Position numbers and translations under genes: made by a program. Positions 27,901-34,381 of a stretch of 64,000 nucleotides of DNA are shown here, one piece after another. The notes beneath the pieces are model-generated. The model made no database searches. It saw only the letters and a program-made list of their open reading frames with translations, and was not told the origin of the DNA. Location of the stretch: contig JAAANZ010000023.1 of NCBI GenBank assembly GCA_009909065.1, positions 210 to 64,209 of the forward strand, in the 5' to 3' direction. Position 1 is the first letter of the stretch. The number at the start of each line of letters is the position of its first letter. The stretch comes from Alphaproteobacteria bacterium (GTDB lineage: Bacteria > Pseudomonadota > Alphaproteobacteria > Caulobacterales > Hyphomonadaceae).

Positions 27901-29651
27901 TGCTGCCTTGCGACAGCGGCGATGCAGGTGGGATGCCGGATGCCGCTCACGCTTTCGAGCAGCGGCCGGCTTCCGGTTCCGGGCTCGAATTCACACCCGG
28001 CCAGCTGTATCTCGGCAGCGCGCCGCCGGATGCCGAGACTGGCAGCCAGGCCAATACGGGTGCCACGGGCGACGACGCCGATGCGCTCGGCGATGACGAG
28101 GACGGCGTGACGCTGCCGACACTGACGCAAGGGACGAGCTCGACCCTTCCGGTGAACGTGACCCAGGCGAGCGCGAACCAGGGCTATCTGCAGGCCTGGA
28201 TCGACTGGAATGGTGATGGCGATTTTGCCGATACCGGCGAACAGGTCGCTTCTGATGTCACGGATGGGGGCCTGGACGATCTCGACGGAAGTGCCAATGG
28301 CGTGATCGAGCTCGACCTTGCCACACCGGCTGGCGCGACTATCGGCCAGACGGTCTCGCGTTTCCGCTGGTCATCAGCGAGCGGACTTGGTCCTGATGGC
28401 GCGGCCGCTGACGGCGAAGTCGAGGACTATCCCGTCACCATTCAGGCGAACCCGCTGGCGGGGGCGACACCCTTTACCTGTGACAGTCGGCTGTGGCAGC
28501 TGGCGCGCAAAGACACCCAGCTCATCTCGATCTCGCTTTCCGGCACAACGGCAACCTTTACCGATACCGGGAGCCCGGCCGGTGGTGGGCGCAATGCCGG
28601 TTGGGGGTATAATGAGACCGACCAGCTGGCCTATGGCTTGTCCAATACCCGTATGTGGGCCGTGGACGGGGCCGGAACCTTCTATGATCTCGGCACTGTC
28701 GGCGGCCTGGGCAGCTATTCCGGGTCCAATGCGGGCGATGTCCTGCCTGATGGCACGATGTTGTTCAAGGCCGGTGGAGGCGGTAGCGTATTAGGTCGGA
28801 TAGACCTGACCCGCACACCTTACAGCCTCGAAAGCACGGTCACACTGACCGGCCCGGCCAGCGGCGCGAACTATATCGATTTTGCCTTTAATCCGGCGGA
28901 CGGAAATGTCTATTCCATCGATTCCTCAGCCGACCGGCTCTTCTATTTCAATCCGGATACTGGCGCGACAAGCTATTTTGGTCCCTCGACGCATTCCGGC
29001 AGTTTCGGAGCCCAGTGGTTCGACGAGGATGGCAACTTCTTCGCCTATGACAACAATACGAACGAAGTCTACCAGTTCGATGTCGGCACAAATGGTTCGG
29101 GAAGCGGAGCGGCGACCTATCTGGCGACCAGCAGTGCAGATGAGGGCGGTAGGAACGACGGATTCAGCTGCCGCGGGCCGTCGCCGCTCGGTTCGGCTGA
29201 GCTGGCTGCCTCGAAGACGATTGAGCTGTTCGATGGTGGCGGTACGGGCGATGTCTACGCACTGCCCGGTGAGGATGTGATCTATACGATCAATGTCAGC
29301 AATACCGGCAGCGGCCCGACCGATCTCGACAGCGTCGTCCTGATCGACCGGATGCCGCCTGAGGTCGAATTCTTCACCGGCGACATCGATACAGGCGGAC
29401 CGGACACGTATCCGGGAAGCGACCCTGTCGGCTTTCTGGATAATGGCTCGGGCCTGACCTTTAACTATGCCAGCGATGTGGGTTTTTCGGACCAGGCCAC
29501 GCAGCCTGCAGGCTTTTCAGCCTGCACCTATACGCCGACCGGGACCTATGACCCGGATGTGACCTATATCTGTTTCAATCCGAAGGGACAGATGCCCGCC
29601 GGCGACCCGGACCCGGAATTCTCGCTCGCCCTACGTGCGCGCATTCGTTGA
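24975..29651 (+). CDS. giant secreted multi-module adhesin-like protein with three GEVED modules and a C-terminal DUF11 domain (locus gene D)
   Basis: Signal peptide MNQRNTNKIQTAWRLLVLSLAAMGFAGAAMVATA. There are three copies of ..GYLQAWIDWNGDGDFAD.GEQVA...RFRWS....DGEVEDY.VT. Two paralogous ~230-aa modules precede GEVED copies 1 and 3. Also present are a jelly-roll/CBM-like block (ELSFWAADSE...IFFDEIRLFEC), a Gly/Asp/Tyr-rich propeller-like block (28.4-29.1 kb) and a terminal DUF11 (GEDVIYTINVSNTGSGPTDLDSVVLIDRMPPEV). The track start 24891 is probably too early. Confidence 0.8.
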   Translation: MNQRNTNKIQTAWRLLVLSLAAMGFAGAAMVATAQTCGTGSSATGSGFASSGSGNFTEEVFWLDWNCPGHSTFAPGSTVTRSWDVGDGTIVSATITGATFSIQPYDTGSYFEDTLPSLYGGLNPLGLQGAVDGQDPQFDISFSATHNGDPIDVDLVVADAETTSPGESIVVNTSGGAFTLLEQSGGISVAGAGTQTATFSHGGSAGTALLESSGSPTLSTTLNQGGRQAVAFGVRFRRDFSDAPTAGYGGANHRQKGNWRLGATLTTETADYNDPNAAGDADDGVTFPTLTQGQSATLPVSVTQPSGNQGYLQAWIDWNGDGDFADAGEQVASDLQSASAGTSTISVPVTVPATATTSPTFVRFRWSSTQGLDSTTAAPDGEVEDYQVTVQASPTPNFTTDDSLGNACVASGGVLGTTNFFTDLDGGTFGTGSGAADEIPTTNPYAAQISGGTYRNTLTGFQHGDYTIISNNQTPRNSYQYGNGIFDPVNGFTGRFFISDPNMSAPAFTSTLNGLVPGESYELSFWAADSETGTGAKQRIGIFVDGVEVYNTGFIANPPSGMVWRKYSFVYVHPTAASSANIQIRALETGSAGRDIFFDEIRLFECNSPADFGDAPSTGTSYGEPQHRIVTGLQLGAAVTDETVGYDDANAAGDADDGVTFPTLTQGQSATIPVSVTQASGNQGYLQAWIDWNGDGDFADAGEQVATDLQSATAGTSTISVPVTVPATATTSPTFARFRWSTTAGLDATAAAPDGEVEDYQVTVAPPPPPPSSGVINYPNSGNGLYRGSIGLLDWAGSGLDDGIRDGDSVSFALPECRAGTLTATFSNVTNPANATTYVPSDMNTWSGAPFHNAYNGPGNGEALHGAFGASASFRIDWTMTVNGVARSPDIFFFDAEASDSGPEAVSATTNGGVWALVENIGGAGYTATGIGTQSVTIEQSQSPSNTPLLLSMATSRTDIDINADGGLQAVGFGVLLPCDSGDAGGMPDAAHAFEQRPASGSGLEFTPGQLYLGSAPPDAETGSQANTGATGDDADALGDDEDGVTLPTLTQGTSSTLPVNVTQASANQGYLQAWIDWNGDGDFADTGEQVASDVTDGGLDDLDGSANGVIELDLATPAGATIGQTVSRFRWSSASGLGPDGAAADGEVEDYPVTIQANPLAGATPFTCDSRLWQLARKDTQLISISLSGTTATFTDTGSPAGGGRNAGWGYNETDQLAYGLSNTRMWAVDGAGTFYDLGTVGGLGSYSGSNAGDVLPDGTMLFKAGGGGSVLGRIDLTRTPYSLESTVTLTGPASGANYIDFAFNPADGNVYSIDSSADRLFYFNPDTGATSYFGPSTHSGSFGAQWFDEDGNFFAYDNNTNEVYQFDVGTNGSGSGAATYLATSSADEGGRNDGFSCRGPSPLGSAELAASKTIELFDGGGTGDVYALPGEDVIYTINVSNTGSGPTDLDSVVLIDRMPPEVEFFTGDIDTGGPDTYPGSDPVGFLDNGSGLTFNYASDVGFSDQATQPAGFSACTYTPTGTYDPDVTYICFNPKGQMPAGDPDPEFSLALRARIR
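25803..26144 (+). repeat. GEVED-module DNA repeat, copy 1
   Basis: Aligns base-for-base with 26925..27266 (offset 1122 nt). Perfect runs of 42 nt (ggcgtgactttcccgacgctcactcaggggcagagcgcgacc) and 56 nt (caggcctggatcgactggaacggcgacggcgactttgccgatgccggcgagcaggt) are shared. Confidence 0.9.
26925..27266 (+). repeat. GEVED-module DNA repeat, copy 2
   Basis: See copy 1. The near-identical antisense shadow ORFs 25904..26101 and 27026..27220 in the track independently show the duplication. Confidence 0.9.
28092..28446 (+). repeat. GEVED-module DNA repeat, copy 3 (diverged)
   Basis: It encodes the same protein motif (GYLQAWIDWNGDGDFADTGEQVA...RFRWSS...DGEVEDYPVT), but many synonymous and non-synonymous differences separate it from copies 1 and 2. 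Confidence 0.8.
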
Positions 29652-29709
29652 CAGGCGGCTGAAGAACGGACCCTTCGGCGATCCAATGGCCCGGACAGTC
29701 GTGCGACTC

Positions 29710-29824
29710 TCCATCCTTCGAGACGCGCTTCGCGCTCCTCAGGATGAGGTGAGTGCGTTGTTTCGAAGGCTCAAAACCCTCATCCTGAGGAGCGATCCGT
29801 CCAGGGATCGCGTCTCGAAGGATG
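29710..29824. repeat. long imperfect palindromic intergenic element (REP/MITE-like)
   Basis: CCATCCTTCGAGACGCG..GCTCCTCAGGATGAGG (29710..29748) pairs with CCTCATCCTGAGGAGC..CGCGTCTCGAAGGATGG (29777..29824). It lies between convergent gene D and xerD. Elements with this 'LILRS..RVSKDG'-type translation recur in alphaproteobacterial intergenic regions, as far as I recall. Confidence 0.6.
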
Positions 29825-29884
29825 GCGGCGCGATCATGCTTCCAGGTTCGCAAGAGCCAATTGCAGGAGTGTTTCAGCCGCCTG

Positions 29885-30826
29885 TTAGGACAGGTTTGGC
29901 GCAGGGGGCGCAAGCGGATGTGCGGTTTCCAGCAATTCCTGCAATTCGTCGGTCAGGACATGCGTGTAGATCTGCGTCGTTGAAATGTCGGCATGGCCCA
30001 GAAGCGTCTGGACGCTGCGCATATCGGCCCCGCCCTGTAAAAGATGAGTCGCATAGGCATGGCGCAGCGCATGCGGATGGACGCGGTCGGGCGCGATCCC
30101 GGCCGCGCCGGCAAGCGCGTCCAGCATCTGACCGAGCCGCCGGCGCGAGAGGTGGCCGCTGGCCGCGCGGGAGGGAAACAGGAACCGCTCCGCCCGCGCG
30201 CGTGCGGTAGCCGCCTTCGGCAGGCTTGCCTCGCGCACCCCAAGCCAGGTCACCAGTGAATCAAGCGCCGGCGGGCCGAGCGGGCAGACCCTTTCGCGCC
30301 CGCCCTTTCCGCGTACCGTGATTTCCGCGCTCTCCCAGCGCCCGTTCCGCCGTCTCGGCAAGGCGCCAAGCGGCAAGCCGACGAGTTCACTCGCGCGCAG
30401 ACCGGTGGCGTATAACAGTTCGACAAGGCAGGTCAGGCGCGGATCGTCCCGGCAGGCTTCGAGGAGACGCGTCATTTCCTGGCGTGACAGGACGTCCGGC
30501 ACTTCACGTCTCGCGGCCGGGGATTCGAGCCTGGCGGTCGGGTCGTCGGTGCGCTCGCCCTCCTGGAATTCGAAGCGAAAGAAGCGCCGCAATGCCGACA
30601 TTTTCCGGGATACGGTCGACGCGGCGAGGCCGCGGGCCGCATAATCGCGCTGCAAACCTGAAAGCTCTTCAGCGCTCGCCCGGCTGAGTGCGCCGCCCAG
30701 CGCCTCGGAAGCCTCGCGAAGGTCGCGGGCATAGGCTTCCAGCGTATTGCGCGCCGCGCCGCGCTCGGCGCTCATCATTTCGAGAAACGCCTCTATCCGG
30801 ATCCTGTCAGTCATGACAGGTTCCAT
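29885..30826 (-). CDS. xerD: site-specific tyrosine recombinase XerD
   Basis: N-terminal IEAFLEMMSAERGAARNTLEAYARDLRE (the XerD core-binding-domain pattern) and a C-terminal catalytic region, HALRHAYATHLL..GADMRSVQTLLGHADISTTQIYTHV. Conserved neighbourhood with aroK-aroB. Confidence 0.9.
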   Translation of the reverse strand: MEPVMTDRIRIEAFLEMMSAERGAARNTLEAYARDLREASEALGGALSRASAEELSGLQRDYAARGLAASTVSRKMSALRRFFRFEFQEGERTDDPTARLESPAARREVPDVLSRQEMTRLLEACRDDPRLTCLVELLYATGLRASELVGLPLGALPRRRNGRWESAEITVRGKGGRERVCPLGPPALDSLVTWLGVREASLPKAATARARAERFLFPSRAASGHLSRRRLGQMLDALAGAAGIAPDRVHPHALRHAYATHLLQGGADMRSVQTLLGHADISTTQIYTHVLTDELQELLETAHPLAPPAPNLS

Positions 30827-30850
30827 CGCACCGAAAGGGTTATGAAACCG

Positions 30851-32461
30851 CTAGCGCACCGACTTCCAGTATCCCGCCGCCTCCAGCGCCAGGTCACGCG
30901 ACACATCCTCAGCCCCGATGGCGGCGAGCGCGTCGATGATGGCGATGAGGTCGGCTTCCGGAAGCCGGCTGGGGTCACCGCGCGTCAGCGAAAGGATGGA
31001 CAGGACGGCTTCGCCGGCCGCATCGGCTTCGGCGGCCGCCTGGATCGCCAGCATCCGCCAGTCCGAACCGCCGGCTTCGCGATTGGGCGGCTGGGACGCC
31101 ATGAGGGCCCGCCCGGCGGCTGTCGGCGGAATGTCGAGCGCGGTCCAGAGCGCGAACAGCCGCGCGGCATCGCCCTTGCGTGCCTGTCCCTGCGCATGTT
31201 CGACGAGCCTGTCGGCGACCGCCTCGAGGCGTTCGGTTTCCTGCCGGGGCCGGGCCAGGAGGATCAGACCGTCGACCAGGGCATGATCGAATTCATCAAC
31301 CGGCGGGGCATCCTTTATACGCGTGGCCCGGCTCCAGGCCCCGGCCCGCTCCAGTCGGCCGGCAGCAAGTTCCGCGCGCGCGAAGGTCAGAGCATAGCGG
31401 ACGGTTTGCGGATTGCGCGGCAGGCGCATCAGGTCATCGGCGAAGAGACGCGAGACCGCAGCGAACCGGGCCGGATTGGCCGCAGAAGAGCGCAGGGCCA
31501 TGGCCAGTTTCCGGGCCCGTTCGGAATCGCCGGCATCTGTGTCGTCAAAGGCGAGAACGGCCACCTCGATCGGGCGCGCGGGTTGGAAACCCTCGGTTTC
31601 GAGCAGGCGGGAATAGAGCTCGCGGTGCGTGCTTGCATCCATGAGCCCGGACTCAGCTGCCAGCCCGGCGGCAAGCACGCGGATGCCCACCGGCAGGGAT
31701 TGGCGCGTCGCCATCGCCGTGGCGAGATCGGGACGGGTTGGCGTGATGGCATTGTCCGGCGGCTCAAGCCCGAGTTTCGTCGACAATTCGAGATTGAGGC
31801 CGGTATCGAAGCGCGCCGGCGGGCGCTCGGCGTCCTCCGGCAGGCCGGGCGAGAGAACCGCCTCGTAGAACCAGTCATCCTCGACACCGGCCGACTGGGC
31901 AAATTCCACTGCGAGTTCCGCCGCGCCCTGATCTTCCTGCAACACCGCGCAGACGGCACGCAACTTGGCCCAGAACCGGCCATCCTGGGGCTGGGACGCA
32001 TCACGGCAGGCGCTGCGCCGGTTACCGAGGGCGAGTTGCAGATCGACGGCAACGGCCTCGCCGTCAAGGCCGCGGGGGTTTTCCTCCAGCCGGCCCATGA
32101 GGTCGGCCGCCGCCCTTGCTTCACCCAGTTCGTAAAGGATGCGCGCGCGCTCGGCGAGGACATCTTCGGCATCATCGCCATCGGGCCGCGCCGCCGGCGA
32201 GAGCACGACACGTCTCAGCAGGCTGCGCTCGGCCGGCGTGAGGTTGCGCGTGCGCACCTTTCGCATCAGCGGCAAGAGGTCGTCAGTGCGCGAGGCCTTC
32301 CACATGTCTGTCGGCATGGCGCGTTCGCCGTCTTCAAGAAAGCCGATGCCGAACGGATCGACGGCCTCCAGACCGCCCACCTCGACCTGCGCGGACGCCG
32401 CCGGCAGGGCCAGTGTGAAGGCGCCCGCCAGGGCCAGGGCTCTCAGCGGCCTAGAAAACAT
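30851..32461 (-). CDS. conserved hypothetical secreted protein (helical-repeat-like)
   Basis: 536 aa with signal peptide MFSRPLRALALAGAFTLALPAASA. The Ala/Leu/Arg-rich helical composition resembles TPR-like periplasmic proteins. The family is not recognised. Confidence 0.65.
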   Translation of the reverse strand: MFSRPLRALALAGAFTLALPAASAQVEVGGLEAVDPFGIGFLEDGERAMPTDMWKASRTDDLLPLMRKVRTRNLTPAERSLLRRVVLSPAARPDGDDAEDVLAERARILYELGEARAAADLMGRLEENPRGLDGEAVAVDLQLALGNRRSACRDASQPQDGRFWAKLRAVCAVLQEDQGAAELAVEFAQSAGVEDDWFYEAVLSPGLPEDAERPPARFDTGLNLELSTKLGLEPPDNAITPTRPDLATAMATRQSLPVGIRVLAAGLAAESGLMDASTHRELYSRLLETEGFQPARPIEVAVLAFDDTDAGDSERARKLAMALRSSAANPARFAAVSRLFADDLMRLPRNPQTVRYALTFARAELAAGRLERAGAWSRATRIKDAPPVDEFDHALVDGLILLARPRQETERLEAVADRLVEHAQGQARKGDAARLFALWTALDIPPTAAGRALMASQPPNREAGGSDWRMLAIQAAAEADAAGEAVLSILSLTRGDPSRLPEADLIAIIDALAAIGAEDVSRDLALEAAGYWKSVR

Positions 32462-32585
32462 TCTCGATCTCCATTCTCACCTCGCCGGGCTCGGGACGTG
32501 CGGCATCAACGCTGCCGGCAAGCCAGACGGCCAGGGCTGCGAGCGCCAGGACAAGCAGCAGGAAGATTATCAGCCATTTTCGCAT
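32451..32585 (-). CDS. possible 44-aa single-pass membrane protein
   Basis: MRKWLIIFLLLVLALAALAVWLAGSVDAARPEPGEVRMEIENVF. GAAGGG lies 7 nt upstream of the ATG, and the stop overlaps the start of the downstream 536-aa gene by 11 nt. It appears only as the tail of the over-extended track ORF 32451..33194. Confidence 0.45.
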   Translation of the reverse strand: MRKWLIIFLLLVLALAALAVWLAGSVDAARPEPGEVRMEIENVF

Positions 32586-32675
32586 CGTCGGGCCCTTCAG
32601 CTTCGTCGGCGGGTGGCAGGCATTGCCCGTCAGCCCCGCAGCATATAGGACAGACTGACAGGAGCCGAAAAGACC

Positions 32676-33248
32676 ATGGGCGCAGACACAACACTGCTCG
32701 GCAATTCCCGCCAGAACAAGACGCATTATGCAGATCGCACGATTGCCCTTGTCGGCCTGATGGGCGCGGGCAAGTCCACCGTGGGCAAACGCCTGGCCGA
32801 GGCGCTCGGCCGGGAATTCTATGACAGCGACGCCGAAATCGAAAAGGCGGCGGGCCTGTCCATATCGGACATCTTCGCGATTCATGGGGAGAACGAGTTC
32901 CGCCGCGGCGAGAGACGCGTGCTTGAACGCCTGCTCGGCGAGACGCCTCATGTCCTGGCCACGGGCGGGGGGGCCTATCTCGACCCGTCCACGCGCGACC
33001 TCCTGCGCGAAAAGGCGGTCACGGTCTGGTTGAACGCGGACCTCGAAACGCTGTGGAACCGGGTGTCGCGGCGTAATACGCGTCCGCTGCTGCGTGATCC
33101 GGACCCCAAGGGAGTTCTGCAGCGCCTGTTTGATGAACGCGAACCGATCTATGCGCAGGCCGACCTGTCGGTGCGCAGCCATGACGGTCCCCATGACCGC
33201 ACGGTGCGCGACATTCTCGCCGCCCTGGAGAGCTGGAGGCCTGCATGA
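32676..33248 (+). CDS. aroK: shikimate kinase
   Basis: P-loop LVGLMGAGKSTVGKRLA, then FYDSD..IE and GE..FR..E. It overlaps aroB by 4 nt. Confidence 0.92.
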   Translation: MGADTTLLGNSRQNKTHYADRTIALVGLMGAGKSTVGKRLAEALGREFYDSDAEIEKAAGLSISDIFAIHGENEFRRGERRVLERLLGETPHVLATGGGAYLDPSTRDLLREKAVTVWLNADLETLWNRVSRRNTRPLLRDPDPKGVLQRLFDEREPIYAQADLSVRSHDGPHDRTVRDILAALESWRPA

Positions 33249-34375
33249 TCGGAGAGGAGACGACCGTGCGCAGCGTCGGCGTCGAACTGGGCGCCCGCCG
33301 CTACGAGATCCTGATCGGGCCCGGTCTTGTGCGCGAAGCCGGGCGGCACATCGCCCCGCTCGCCGGCGGGGCGCGCGCCTTCATCATGTCCGACGAGACT
33401 GTCGCGGCCCATCATCTCGAGCCGCTCACGGACTCGCTCGCCCGCGCCGGACTTGCATCGAGCGCGCATGTGCTCGCCCCCGGGGAGGCAAGCAAATCCT
33501 TCGGCGAGCTCTCGCGCGCACTCGACTGGCTCCTGGAAGCCGGTGCCAATCGCGGCGACGTGCTGGTGGCCCTCGGCGGCGGTGTGATCGGCGATCTTGC
33601 CGGGCTGACGGCGGCGCTGATGAAACGCGGCATGGCATTCGTCCAGGTGCCGACAACGCTGCTTGCCCAGGTCGACAGCTCGGTGGGCGGCAAGACCGCC
33701 GTCAATACGCGCCAGGGCAAGAATCTGGTCGGCGCCTTCTATCAGCCACGACTGGTGCTGGCCGATACTGCGACACTTTCCACGCTGGCCCATCGCGAAC
33801 GGGCCGCCGGCTATGCCGAGATTGTCAAATATGGCCTGATCGGTGACCCGGAATTCTTTGACTGGCTGGAGGCGAATGGCGCCGGCGTCATGGACCTGGA
33901 CGCAGGCCTGCTTGCCCGGGCGGTGGCGCGCTCCTGCGAGGCCAAGGCGCAGATCGTCGCCCGGGATGAACGCGAAGGCGGTCTGCGCGCGCTGCTCAAT
34001 CTCGGACACACATTCGGCCATGCGCTGGAAGCGGCGAACGGTTACGGGCCTGGGCTGCTGCATGGGGAGGCGGTGGCCTGCGGCATGTGCCTGGCTGCGC
34101 GTTATTCGGTGCGCGCGGGCCTGATGGCCGACTCTGAAGCCGGCCGCGCGGAAGACGTGCTGGCCCGGGCGGGGTTGGCGACACGGCTTCCCCGGCTGTC
34201 CGGCGGCCCGTATGACCCCTCCGCGCTGCTTGAGCATATGCAGCAGGACAAGAAAGTGCGCGGAAATGCCCTGCCGCTCATTCTCATGCGCGGGATCGGA
34301 CGTGCTTTCATCCAGCCCGAAGCGGACCGGGCGGATCTGCTCGATTTCCTGCAAGCCGAGGCCGCCGCGGAATAG
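33245..34375 (+). CDS. aroB: 3-dehydroquinate synthase
   Basis: LGGGVIGDLAG, VQVPTTLLAQVDSSVGGKTAVN, GKNLVGAFYQP, LNLGHTFGHALE and LHGEAVA are all AroB signatures. Confidence 0.93.
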   Translation: MIGEETTVRSVGVELGARRYEILIGPGLVREAGRHIAPLAGGARAFIMSDETVAAHHLEPLTDSLARAGLASSAHVLAPGEASKSFGELSRALDWLLEAGANRGDVLVALGGGVIGDLAGLTAALMKRGMAFVQVPTTLLAQVDSSVGGKTAVNTRQGKNLVGAFYQPRLVLADTATLSTLAHRERAAGYAEIVKYGLIGDPEFFDWLEANGAGVMDLDAGLLARAVARSCEAKAQIVARDEREGGLRALLNLGHTFGHALEAANGYGPGLLHGEAVACGMCLAARYSVRAGLMADSEAGRAEDVLARAGLATRLPRLSGGPYDPSALLEHMQQDKKVRGNALPLILMRGIGRAFIQPEADRADLLDFLQAEAAAE

Positions 34376-34381
34376 ACCAAG

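Noticed and set aside
25803-28446. Regularly spaced repeats as a CRISPR array
   Set aside because: The repeats are ~340 nt long, lie in frame inside a continuous 1558-aa ORF and encode a protein module (GEVED). No short palindromic repeats with unique spacers and no cas genes occur in the window.
24975-29651. Gene D as an RTX/T1SS substrate or sortase substrate
   Set aside because: The WNGDGDFAD acidic motifs are not GGxGxD nonapeptide tandem arrays. The protein has an N-terminal Sec signal and no C-terminal T1SS-like signal, LPXTG motif or hydrophobic anchor. No ABC/MFP or sortase genes are nearby.
17635-29651. The A-D locus as a conventional chaperone-usher or type V (autotransporter/two-partner) system
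   Set aside because: There is no PapD-like chaperone, no recognisable usher N-terminal, plug or C-terminal domains, no POTRA-containing TpsB and no TPS domain. The putative barrel is far larger than a 12-strand autotransporter barrel. The locus is therefore reported as a candidate new arrangement rather than assigned to a known class.
29885-30826. Tyrosine recombinase as the integrase of a genomic island carrying the A-D locus
   Set aside because: The sequence pattern and the xerD-aroK-aroB neighbourhood indicate the housekeeping XerD. No attachment-site repeats were seen.
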